The translations under genes were made by a program, and so were the position numbers. The notes below the pieces were generated by a model that was given only the letters and a program-made list of their open reading frames with translations, did no database searches and was not told the DNA's origin. Of a stretch of 64,000 nucleotides of DNA, positions 25,347-37,060 are shown one piece after another (position 1 is the stretch's first letter; each line of letters begins with the position of its first letter). Origin of the DNA: Octopus sinensis (Eukaryota); contig NC_043005.1 of NCBI RefSeq assembly GCF_006345805.1, forward strand, positions 101,060,001-101,124,000, read 5' to 3'.

Positions 25347-25653
25347 TTTTAGCATTTTCTACCTTGTCCTATTTTCTTATACATATCAATTCATGTGTTA
25401 CTTTTCAACCTTCTACATATAATATATATATAAATATGTGTGTGTGTGTGTGTGTGTGTGTGTTTGTATATAATAATTTGGGCAACTGGGTGTCACAATT
25501 AGTGGTGACTAAATTTTGCCTATACAATTTATATTGCACCCAGTTGCCCAAATTGATTATACACACACTAATTTATATATATGTAGAAGGTTGAAAAGTA
25601 ACACACGAGTTGATATGTATAAGAAAAATAGGACAAGGTAGAAAATGCTAAAT
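25347..25653. repeat. Foldback (inverted repeat) element
   Basis: tttagcattttctaccttgtcc...ttctacatata mirrored at the far end; inner pair aatttgggcaactgggtg / cacccagttgcccaaatt. Confidence 0.85.
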
Positions 25654-25655
25654 TA

Positions 25656-25705
<50 letters not shown>

Positions 25706-25736
<31 letters not shown>

Positions 25737-26300
25737 TTAACGTCCGCTTTCCATGCTAGCATGGGTTGGACGGTTCAACTGGGGTCTTGGGAGCCCGAAA
25801 GCTGCACCAGTCCAGTCAGATCTGGCAGTGTTTCTACAGCTGGATGCCCTTCCTAACGCCAACCACTCCGAGAGTGTAGTGGGTGATTTTATGTGCCACC
25901 GACACAGGTGCCAGACGAGGCTGGCAAACGGCCACGCTCGGATGGTGTTTTTATGTGCCACCGACACAGGTGCCAGACGAGGCTGGCAGACGGCCACGCT
26001 CGGATGGTGTTTTTATGTGCCACCGACACAGGTGCCAGACGAGGCTGGCAGACGGCCACGCTCGGATGGTGTTTTTATGTGCCACCGACACAGGTGCCAG
26101 ACGAGGCTGGCAGACGGCCACGCTCGGATGGTGTTTTTATGTGCCACTGACACAGGTGCCAGATGAGGCTGGCAACGGCCACGATCGGATGGTGCTTGTT
26201 ACGTGCCACAGCACGGAGGCCAGTCGATGCGGTACTGGCTACGGCCACGTTCGGATAGTTTTCTTATGTGCCACGTGCCACCGGCACTGGTACCACAAAG
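25706..26300 (-). mobile_element. RTE-tailed family C element with expanded internal 62 bp minisatellite
   Basis: (CAT)n + tttaacgtccgctttccatgctagc...ggatgcccttcctaacgccaacc; units start at 25891, 25953, 26015, 26077, 26139. Confidence 0.9.
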
Positions 26301-26376
26301 ATACAAATTCCATTGATGTTCATCTATTTTGATTTGTTTTGATTTGATTTTGATTTTATACATATATATATATATC

Positions 26377-26545
26377 ACATACTGGAGTAAGCACATAAAT
26401 GTGAAACAAGTTGGTAAAAAGAGTACTCAAATACCAGAGGTAGAGTAATATGCTTTATCTAAAAGCAGCAGAAATATAACAAAAGAAATTCACATTCCCA
26501 TTCGTTGGACAATTTTGTTAACAAAACTGTCCTACAAATGGATTT
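26377..26545. mobile_element. Penelope-type fragment of the 28320/42835 family, ending in a short palindrome
   Basis: tactggagtaagcacataaatgt... shared with 42835; palindrome ccattcgttggacaattttgtt/aacaaaactgtcctacaaatgg. Confidence 0.7.
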
Positions 26546-27304
26546 TATACTACAATAGAGTCAATCCAGTTAAGAATTGGAAGCAAGCAGTAGGATACCA
26601 TTTTGCCAAAATATCACAAATCTACCCACCACCTCTGACAGTAAAAACAACAGCCATCCCTTGCAAGTGTGAATGACCAGGTAACATGTACCATGTTTCT
26701 GCTAGCTGTTGAGGCACCAATGTAGTTGCGAACAGACTCTGACACCCTCTTAGACCTCCTACTCTTAAAGTAGAACACTCAGAATGGGACAGATGGGGAG
26801 AGAGAGAGAGACGGACAGAGGGGGGGATAAAGAGAGAGAGACAGACAGAGTGAATGAGAAAGAAAGAGAGAACTGCATCAGAGTGAGGCTGGGAATCATT
26901 ACAGTTGAAATGACTTGAGCAATGTAATATGAATGCCTTTGCTCAAGAATAAAAGATTGGTGGAGACAGGAATTTGCCGTTGTGAATTCCAACACCCTAA
27001 TCACCAAGCATGGATGTGCACAAATAAGAAACCCCACAATATTAGAATAAAGGAGGTTTTCTTTTATCTTTGTTTACTTGCGTCAGTCATTGGGCCGTGA
27101 CCATGCTGGTGCTCCATATTGAAGGGTTTTGGTTGAACAAATTCAACCCAGTACTTATTTTGCTTTTCAAGCGTGGTACTTGTTCTATTGATCTTTTCTG
27201 GCCAGCTGTTACGCTATGAGGATATAAACAAACCAACTCTGGTTGTCAAGTGGTGTGGAGGACAAGCATACAGAAAGGTATATTCCCATTTTTATATATA
27301 TATA

Positions 27305-27995
27305 CATAGGTAAATCAAAAATATAAGAAAAAAACAAAAGTCAAAAGAACATACACAGTCAATATATTAGTTTGACACTCAGTTTAAGATGGAAAACAGA
27401 GGGAGCTGGGGGGGGCGTGACGGTTTGAACACGGGTCTTCATCAGGAAGAGGGAAGAGGAAAAGAAGGAAAAGAACAGTCTGAGAAAAGTATGTGTGATA
27501 TCACAGGGTCGAAGCGCATGTATGTATGCATATATGTGTGTATATATATAAATAAAGAATACACATTAAGTACAGGACACCACCACCGAGCGGAAGACAT
27601 GTAAGCACATGAGAAACAAGTACAGGATAATATATCGTAAAATACACACAATAAGAACAGGACATTAACAATGAGCACAAAACACGCAGTTAAGGGCTTT
27701 GAATGAACAAACAGCAACAGAGTAAACAATGAATGAAGACAAATAATAAGGGCTGTCGGGCCAAGATGCACTGAAATGGGTAACATCTGGGAGAAGTTTT
27801 GAAAGGATACAGAATAAATAGAAGAGAAGAAAATAGTAGAAGAGAAAATATGTCGGGAGGCAAGAGCAATGATGTCCTACATATAATCAACCAAAATTGC
27901 GGAGATAATCTGGTACTTGACTGAGGAAAGAAAACTTCAAATGACCTGTCCATGTTTTCTTTGTATCGTCTATCTGGATGTTTTGTTGTCCCATT
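27305..27995. mobile_element. Probable Penelope-type non-coding fragment with two degenerate hammerhead-like cores
   Basis: CTGATGAagaccc (minus, 27445-27433) and CTGAGGA-aag-aaaa-ctt (plus, 27921-27937). Confidence 0.45.
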
Positions 27996-27997
27996 TT

Positions 27998-28001
27998 GTA
28001 T

Positions 28002-28038
<37 letters not shown>

Positions 28039-28193
28039 TATATACATATATATACATATATATACACATACATATACATACACACATATATATACATATA
28101 TATATACACACACATATATACATATATATATAAATACACACACACATATATATATACACATATATATACATATATATACACATATATATACAC

Positions 28194-28234
<41 letters not shown>

Positions 28235-28270
28235 TATGTACATATATATATTTATATACACACACACATA

Positions 28271-28313
<43 letters not shown>
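27998..28313. repeat. (TA)/(CA) compound microsatellite
   Basis: Direct reading. Confidence 0.95.
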
Positions 28314-28319
28314 TTCATT

Positions 28320-28538
28320 AATAAAGTTGCAAAGGTATCACAAAAACTGTTACTCTGAGTTTCACGTTCCTGTTCATCAGACAGTTTTGATTGGGAATGT
28401 CCAATGAACGGGAACGTGAAACTCTGAGTAACAGCTTTTGTGATGTCATTGCAGCTCTATTAACAGAGCACATTACTCTACCTCTGCTATTCCAATACTT
28501 ATTTCTTCCACCTCATGTTACATCTATGTGCTTACTCT

Positions 28539-28545
<7 letters not shown>
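28320..28545. mobile_element. Penelope-type foldback mini-element
   Basis: Inverted arms about 28343-28377 and 28404-28439; tail is the reverse complement of 42835-42910. Confidence 0.8.
28343..28388 (-). ncRNA. Type I hammerhead ribozyme fold (predicted)
   Basis: AAAACUGU-CUGAUGA-ACAGGAACGU-GAAA-CUCAGAGU-A/ACAGUUUU: 8 bp stem I, intact core, mini stem II, stem III ACU/AGU, GUA site. Confidence 0.7.
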
Positions 28546-28577
<32 letters not shown>

Positions 28578-28589
28578 TCTTTTTACTCT

Positions 28590-28809
28590 TTCCTCTTTTA
28601 CTTGTTTCAGTCCTTTGACTGTGGCCATGCTGGAGCACCACCTTTAGTCGAGCCAATCGACCCCAGGACTTATTCTTTGTAAGCCTAGTACCGATTCTAT
28701 CAGTCTCTTTTGCCGAACCGCCAAGTTACGGGGACGTAACACACCAGCATCGGTCGTCAAGCGATGTTGGGGGGGACAAACACAGACACACAAGCACACA
28801 CACACACCT

Positions 28810-28840
<31 letters not shown>

Positions 28841-29015
28841 CATATATATATACGACGGGCTTCTTTCAGTTTCCGTCTACCAAATCCACTCACAAGACTT
28901 TGGTCAGCCCGAGGCTATAGTAGAAGACACTTGCCCAAGGCGCCACACAGTGGAACTGAACCCAGAACCATGTGGTTGGTAAGCAAGCTACTTACCACAC
29001 AGCCACTCCTTGCCT
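28590..29015 (-). mobile_element. SINE family A, full length
   Basis: Complete head, core and tail. Confidence 0.9.
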
Positions 29016-30892
29016 ATATATGATAATAGTATAATAAAATCATAATGATCTAAAACAGTTGTAACTATCTCTTTTAAAAAATGTCGCAAAACCTACAATT
29101 TACTGTCAATATCTGTAATATACCCTTAACAGAAGGTTAGGGGTATATTGCACGGGGACTAAACAGTAGATGAAACTGCACATGAAGAAAATTAGTTTCA
29201 GATGATATAAGAACAAGACCTTCCCATATAGGTGCAGGGGTAGCTGTGTGGTTAAGGTGTTTTCTTTGCCACTGTGTTCTTTTGTTTCATTGTGCAACAC
29301 ACTGAACAAGAGTTTTCTACTACAGCCCTGGGCTGACTGATGTCTTGTGAGTGAACTTAGTTGACAGAAACATTATAGAAGCAATTTTATATACATATCT
29401 ATGTATCTAGTCGGGGATGGTCATTTTTTTTTCCCTTTTGCCATTCAACCTCATGTACTATATACTTGTTCTTCACTTCAGCTTTATTATTATTGTGTTT
29501 ATTTTAGTATCTTAGTCTGAAATCTTTTGTCACACCTCCTGTGACCTCTTCAGTGATTCTCCATCCCATGTGTCTCCTCCTGTTCTGTTTAGTCCGTTCT
29601 GTGATTCTAAACATGTGTAAATCTTGCTGTTTGCCCTTCAACTACTTGATAACCAACGTTGGTTTGTTTATGTCCTTATAATTTATTAAGCTGATAGAAT
29701 AACTGTCAGACTTAAAAAGATAATTACTACTGGATTCAATTTGATTGAGTAAACACTTCAATGTGGTGCCTTAACATGTTTGCAGTTCAATGACCAAAAT
29801 ATGTTAAAGAATAAAAAAAATTTTTTAAATAATTCTTATTATTTCTTTAGCAAGATCTATTTTTGCCGAAATTGTAATAGATTTTCACAAATTGATATTT
29901 TACACCATTGAATATATCTGAATTTTTTTTCAGTTTCCTCTGATTCAAAATAAATTATCTTTTATTTGTATTTCCTTTTACATTCCAACCAATTTCTAGC
30001 TACACCTTTCAGTTATTTTCTTAAATGATTGATTATAGTCATTATATAAGTGACCTGATTGGATTAAGATCATTGCCATCTTCATTTCCTTGCCAAATTC
30101 ACGTGATCTTTATCAGATTTTAGTCAGGGTATATTCTATGACAGGTATGTATGAACCCATTTAAAACATAATAATTGCATTGTGCAAAGGGAATGGGCAA
30201 TCTATATTTTTTTCAACTTTAAATTGATTTTTAAATTAGTTTTCCTCTCTTATAGATTCCACCTTTAACTTTTTTTTTTTTTTAATCTTAATCATCTGTA
30301 GACACCTGCATGGCTGTGTGAGTGAGAACCTCTCTTTGCAACCAAGTGACTTCAGGTTCACCTTGGATAAGTGTCTTCTGCTATATCCCCAAGCTGGTCA
30401 ATGCCCTGTGAATGAATTTGGTAGAGGGAAACTTTATGGAAACCTGTTGTATATATATAAATGTATATACTTTTTTCTATACACTTTCCTTCCTTCTTAT
30501 GATCTATACTCATGTAACAACTCAATCACCATGTGTAAAGATACAAATTGTTATTCTACATCGAAGGAGTCAGTTGTAACAGCACTTTGAACACACCCTA
30601 CAAAACACTGCTTGTCACTGCTGACTAGTTTACAGAATGCAGTTGGGATGTGAAGACAATTTGTAAGCTCACTATGCAATGAAGTTTTGTGTTAAACAGG
30701 GCAAAAATACTGGAGAGACTTATGGTATGCTCCAGATTCACTTGTACAAGCTGAGCCTGTTTTTGTTGGCACAAGAGGCCAGGTGAAGCAAGTCTACTAA
30801 AAAGCACACAATGATCCCCTTTATGGCAGAAGGGCATCAAAACTACATCCACAGAGCTCCCTCTGACCAGACAGTCAACAAAGAGTACTTTG

Positions 30893-31280
30893 TGAAGGGT
30901 TTTAGGGAGTTCCTGAGGAGATTTCATCACAAAATGCCAGAGATCCAGGACAATGCCCCAGTCCACAATTCCATCTGATTAACTTAATAAAGATGGGTAT
31001 CAAAACCGTCTCTCACCTTCCCTATTGTCCAGACATTGCTCCCTGTGATTTTTGGTTGTTCTCCAAGCTAAAGGAGAAGACGAAGGAGGCTGTAACAAGG
31101 GTACTGAACACTTTCACTTCATAGGGAACATCCAAGGGGTCTTCATAAAGTGGCTGGAGCACTACAACACGTGCATTGAAGTCAGAAGATTCTTCTTTGA
31201 AGGAAATTAGAGTCTTGCATTTCTTTGAAATTAATAATTTTCTCTCTTGAAAACATCTGAAACCTTTTGGAATGCACCAT
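30893..31280 (+). mobile_element. mariner 3' fragment
   Basis: QDNAPVHNS...KMGIKTVSHLPYCPDIAPCDFWLFSKLKEK (YSPDLAP motif), TIR-like end. Confidence 0.8.
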
Positions 31281-31878
31281 GTATTTCCTGCCTACGCTGC
31301 TCAGAGTTTATCTCCCATTATTAACTTTCAAAACAGAAGTTGATTTTCCAGAGATACGTTTTAATCCCTACACCTTGTTTTCTTGTTTGAATTGCTTCAA
31401 TAACATCTTATAAATACTGATAAGAGAGTTCTCCACATCAAAATACAAACTTCAAAATCATTTCAATTGTAGCAGCCGTATTGTCCATGCTATACATCTT
31501 CCAATGCGTCACTTCATCTTGCAGTGCTTTTGTATAGGGAAACTCAACTCCTCATCACCATACAATGATATTTAAACTTTTAACAAGGGAAGGATTATAT
31601 TTGCTAGCTTTCACAATAACAATTAACAACAACAATCAACATTCTGCAGATGCCAGGTAATATCATAGCAACAACAACAGCAAAACTTGTGATAAAAATA
31701 AACTCCAAAGATGTTCAGAGATTTACATAGAAAATTTAATGACATGAAAATAAATATATAAGAAAAGAACTGAAGATGAGGCAGAAGATGCATATAAAAC
31801 TGTATTAGAGAGTGTGCCACATACATACATATTCTGTGTGTGTGTGTGTGTGCGTGTATGCATGCATGTATATGTGCA

Positions 31879-31918
<40 letters not shown>

Positions 31919-32577
31919 AGAATTAACACTTCCTTCTCTAATCCTAGATTCGAAACCGAATCCAAGAATTCTCGGTCATCCAAACCACGACGATCAACAG
32001 GCGCAAAAAAAGGTTTTCTTTGTCCTGTCAAAAATTGATTGATCATCTCCCTTTGACCTCCGACCTCATCATGTCAGGCGAAGTTCAACTGGACAAGCGC
32101 TGACCTATTTAGGTACAAACTCTGCTGCAGTATGTCTGTCTTTCTAGCTGCCACAAATATTATAAAACCAGGTGAAATACCAGAGGCAGACAGACGGGAG
32201 CAAACAGACGAGATAGATCTATCTACAAGCCAAGTTTTTGGCAGACGACAGAGACAGGGAGAAATGTTCAAAGTGCCGATAGACTACTGTTTCAAATGAA
32301 ACACGCACACACACTCAAACATATTCATTCCTAATATGTACTCTGTATTTCTAGCAACTCGTAGCAGTTGCCTACATTTGTATGTAGTGTATCTATAACC
32401 CTGTAAATAAATTCCTTTCAATCATGAATCGGTTTACGTATTTGTTTACATACACACTTAACCACTACATACATATATAGCTTGTTATGCCATATGGGCA
32501 GAGCCCGAGGATTACATGAAGGCACTAGACATGTTACAAAATGCTGTCTAAGTTTTCTTCATCACATGAAACTACTA

Positions 32578-32735
32578 GTCATCGTCGTCTAACGTCCGCT
32601 TTCCATGCCTAGCATGGGTTGGACGATTTGACTGAAGACTGGCGAACCAGATGGCTGCGCCAGGCTCCAATCTGATCTGGCAGAGTTTCTACAGCTGGAT
32701 GCCCTTCCTATCACCAACCACTCCGAGAGTGTGGT
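32578..32735 (-). mobile_element. RTE-tailed family C element, short
   Basis: aacgtccgctttccatgc...ggatgcccttcctatcaccaaccactccgagag. Confidence 0.85.
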
Positions 32736-33084
32736 AGGTTTATGCAAATGTTATGAATGTTTGCTTGTGTGTTTATGTGTGTGTGTGTGTATATATATAA
32801 TCTCAATGTATATATAAAGTCAGTTGATTGGGTAGTTGGAATTCTTCTTTTAAAAAATTTTTTTTTTCGGATCTTGCCATCTCCACAGAGCTTCTAGCAA
32901 GTTCTTCATACATTTACAGGCACAGCAGCAAGGCTTCAGGTAAAAGAAGGATTCCTTTGGGTTTGTATATATATCCAGATGGCCCTTGACTAATGAGGAA
33001 ACAGTATATAAAATATATACACCAGCATGGAAAGCAGGCGTTAAATGACAACAATGATGCTGATGATGATTTGTATGAATATAT

Positions 33085-33240
33085 TTATACAAAACAGGCT
33101 TCTTTCAGATTCCTTCTGCCAAATCTACACACAAGGATTTTGTTGGTCCAGGGCTATAGTAGAAGGTGCCATGCAGTATGACTGAACCTGAGATCACATA
33201 ATTTGAAAGTAAGCTCCCGAACCACATAGCCATGCTTGCA
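33085..33240 (-). mobile_element. SINE family A, degenerate 5' part
   Basis: ggcttctttcag...ctatagtagaag...accacatagccatgc. Confidence 0.7.
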
Positions 33241-33571
33241 AATTCAAGTAATAACTATTTACAAACAACCTGTAGGGGATACCTTGCCTTTGGATTAAGG
33301 GAATATTTGTTCTTTCATGAGTGTCATGAGATTTTAATACAGATTAAAGACTAAGGATTATGTGTAATATCTTCTTCAGTTAATTAATTAATTAACTCAA
33401 ATTGCGATTCAAATGAACAACAACAACAACAATAGCAAATATCTTGGATAACTAATAAATAATGTTTTTGAAGATTTTTCATGGTTTGACATTTCTTGTT
33501 TAATTAATAAAACCAATGCTGCCTTTTGATTAAAGATTTTAGATGATGGCATCAATAAAGGGTAAAGCATA

Positions 33572-33835
33572 AAGACCATCTTCGGTCATGAATGACCATG
33601 GGATTGCATCCAGAAAGATACAGCTCCAGGTGAGGTTTTTTTTCCTTTTTTTAATGAAGACCAGCAATTGCTCATGCATACCAGCATCCTCTCTCCATAC
33701 CCAGTAATGTTATCCAAGGGAAAGGCAAAGGCTGATACAGCTTGGCACAAGTGATGTTGCAATTCATTTCCGAGAATCGAACATACTATCTCATGATTGT
33801 AAGCCCAACGCTCTGACCACTGAGCCATAACCCTT
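33572..33835 (-). mobile_element. tRNA-derived SINE (another family)
   Basis: Head tggctcagtggtcagagcgttggg, B box gttcgattc. Confidence 0.75.
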
Positions 33836-34489
33836 CACTAGCATCTGTGATAGAGGGAAGTACTGTCAGCAAATGGTGTGTGAAGCCTCTAAGTCTTCAG
33901 CACTTTCGTTACTGGGTCTCAAATCATTGAAGCATATCTGTAGCAGCCAAGGCAATCTAGCGTGTCGCAGTTGGCTAATAACATACCCGTGGAGTTGACA
34001 ATGTTCTTACCTTGGATAGAGTGACCTGAATTTTGAAGGACCAGTTTCAAAAATTGCATAGGAGTCCCCAATGTTTTGGCCAGGTACAATATTAGCACTT
34101 TCCAGCAATTGCAGTGGCGGCAATGTTGCTTAGAATTTTCACATAAATATTTGGCAATGCTAAAATATCAAACTGTTGAAGATGAGAGAGCATATGAATG
34201 CAAGCATTATCAATAATCATATTACTGAATTCAATTTGGTGATATTTTTGCAACATTCTAGAAATAGTTTATCACCAAGTTTCATTATATTTGCCATGTG
34301 AATAGCTATGGGTTTTTGTGTCTATGTTTCACAGCAAAATCAAATGCATATTCCACAGTATTGGTACACCATTTGCTGGTGATGAGTTTCATACTATTAA
34401 CACCTTTTGAAATACTTTTACCAGGTGTTTCATACTTTTAACACCTGTACACATCCACATGTTCTGATTCGGCAATAATGTGTGATAAC

Positions 34490-34680
34490 ATGTTCAGCCA
34501 TGGGGAAATATTACCTTGCTTGGAAACAGGCGAGCGTTGGCAATAGGTTGGGCATCTGACAACAGAATAGCAACCTCGGCAATCTCCATCTGACTCATGC
34601 AAGCAGGGAAAAAAATGGATGTTAACATGATGATAATAATAATGATGACCATCATTATCATCATTATCATCAATGAAGAC
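34490..34680 (+). mobile_element. RTE-tail-like fragment with (GAT)n end
   Basis: gttggcaatagg..gggcat..gcaagc....aaaatggatgttaa + atgatg tail. Confidence 0.55.
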
Positions 34681-34693
34681 ATTTATATTTATA

Positions 34694-35065
34694 CTAGCAG
34701 TATCGCCCGGCGTTGCTCAGGTTTGTTTTGACCCTTTAGAATTGGAATGTTTTGAAAAGTAAAAATGTTGCTTTAAGTGAAAATTCTTCTGGTTGAAATA
34801 CACCGAAAAATGGCGACACAGCAGTAAAAAAATTGTAAAAAATAGGGATTTTCATAGAAAAAAAGCACCTTTTTGATGTAAACAATTTTTGGTGTTAACA
34901 TGGTGCAATTTGAATTGTTTCTTCTATGGAAGTAAGAGCAAGCCTTCTTCTATCATACTCTCAATTTTGGTCAACTTGCGCCGCAGAGTCTAGGAGGAGA
35001 TAGTGTTAGTTGAAGTCTACCAAACCTACCATACACAGACAATTTCAGCTTTATATAGAGAGAGA
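34694..35065 (-). mobile_element. Non-autonomous mini-Helitron (372 bp)
   Basis: A|TC 5' end, 3' cctgagcaacgccgggcg hairpin-like motif, CTAG|T 3' end. Confidence 0.85.
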
Positions 35066-35244
35066 TTTATTTAATAAGTTAATTATCTCTGATGTGATTA
35101 ACTAAAAATACAATCTTTCATCCAATAAATCTTCCTGATTAAATGTAGGAATCATTATTAGCAAGAAAGAAAACGGCAGAGAATTTAAACTTCCATATCG
35201 AACAACATCTGAGTTCAGTATTAGTGATTGATAGTAGTAATTAC

Positions 35245-35369
35245 CTGATCAACAGAAACATTTTCCACGGTGAAATTGAACCAGACTCGGAAGCGAGGAT
35301 TGCAAGTGTCAGGTCGGATAAACAGATCATATTCGTACTCCGTTATGTAATCAACACGTCCAAGATTTC
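35245..35369 (-). CDS. AGBL4: AGBL4/CCP6 internal coding exon, equivalent to vertebrate exon 3
   Basis: Acceptor ctcttccatctccAG, donor GTaatt; 125 nt, phase 1-0, (G)NLGRVDYITEYEYDLFIRPDTCNPRFRVWFNFTVENVSVDQ; splices in frame to the 54782-54907 exon to rebuild the CCP FESGNL motif. Confidence 0.95.
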
Positions 35370-35822
35370 CTGGAGATGGAAGAGTTTAAAATAAAAAGCA
35401 TCTTGAGAAAAGTGTAAAAGTTAGAGAACAATAAAGTTGTTAGGAAATTATGGATTAGCATCATGTGATGGTATATCTGATAATGTGTATAAAATTGATA
35501 TTGTGCCTGTATGGGTGTTTATATAAAGGAGATGCGATAGGGAACAACCATATCGAGCTTGTTTTGTTTTATTTGTGTTTTTGCCTGATTAATGCTCTGA
35601 AATATTTCTAAAAAAACGAAGAAGAAGAAGAACAGAATAAATTCAATAGATTGATTTTGTTTTTCATGCCAAGTAGGAAAAGATAAATCTTCTGTAAAGG
35701 CCAAAAAGTTTAATTTTACTTCTGTTTAAATTTAAGTGGACTGAATTCTTGCTTATTTTTCAACACAGCAGAAAAGTTTATCCTTATTATCACCATCCTC
35801 TCCCCTCATTATTATTATGATT

Positions 35823-35861
<39 letters not shown>

Positions 35862-35941
35862 GTCATCATTGTCATCACCATCATCATCAATATTCATTTT
35901 GGCAAATATTCTTTCCTAAGTTTTCATTTTCATTTTCATTT

Positions 35942-35984
<43 letters not shown>

Positions 35985-36889
35985 GTAATTATTTCCATAA
36001 TAATTTATCATCTCTAGTTTATTAGCATCATCTTCTGGATAATATAAGAGATAGATAAAAATTGTGATGTAATGAGTTGAGAGTTAATTATATTAAAAGA
36101 TATTAGCTGATATATTTTCATGAAATTCAATAGATCACAACTCTCTCTCACACACACTTCCTCTCTCTCTCTCTCTCCTTCTTACTCTCTCTCCCTCTTT
36201 CTAATTAAAAATATTCAAAAGAAACAAAATAAACCTAACCAACATGCTAACATAATGTTGAAATAGTTCTGGCCATTATCAAAGTGCAAAAGTGTACAGT
36301 TTCGGAGTGCACTGATATTAATTTTTCAGAAAGTTGCTTCATAACTGTAATTTGTGATTCAAAATCTTGAATAGAACTAATTTTTCTGTCACAGAATATG
36401 AAAACAGTTTACCGCAATGGAAGAAGGTGATGGCTTTTGTAAGTTTTGTTGTGTTTTTGTCCTTAAGTGAAAACTTCTCTATTTTGAGTAATTTAAGCTG
36501 TCAAAGAAAGATCATTAGAGCTAGCGCCATTCAAGACAAACTTCATCAATACACAACCAAAATGAAATAGATAAAACTGCAAGTTACACAAGAATCTTTA
36601 AAATATGGTATTGAAATATTCCAAATATATGCTATTTTAATTACATATTAGTTCAATGGTTTTGTGGTAGTAACTTAACAGACTTTTTCAGTTAGTTTGT
36701 AATTAAGTACAACTATGCTACAGTATTTGCCAATGACAGATTAACACCAGTAATTCCAGGATACCAATATAGCTTACTTCAAACCAAGTAACCCATTCTT
36801 GAACATCGGTTAGTTGTGTGACACAACATTTTTTGACAAAAGTCTGAAATTGACAGAACATTTAGCAGATGTGTGGTAAGTAAGTAAGT

Positions 36890-37060
36890 AGGCGCAGGAA
36901 TGGCTGTGTGGTAAGTAGCTTGCTTACCAACCACATGGTTCTGGGTTCAGTCCTACTGCATGGCATCTTGGGCAAGCGTCTCCTACTATAGCCTTGGGCC
37001 GACCAAAGCCTTGTGAGTGGACTTGCTAGAGGGAAACTGAAAGAAGCCTGTCATATATAT
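36890..37060 (+). mobile_element. SINE family A 5' half (host of the Helitron)
   Basis: aggcgcaggaatggctgtgtggtaagtagc...gaaagaagcctgtc, continued at 41199. Confidence 0.85.

Noticed and set aside
25905-25935. Hammerhead in the 62 bp unit (CAGACGA-ggctggc-AAAC)
   Set aside because: Two core positions wrong and no stems I/III
25885-26195. CRISPR-like array
   Set aside because: Contiguous 62 bp units with no unique spacers, no cas genes, eukaryotic context
1-35244. AGBL4 exon 4 (expected about RVIFNIVNFSKTKSLYRDGM)
   Set aside because: Not found by eye on the minus strand; probably beyond the window, although a miss is possible
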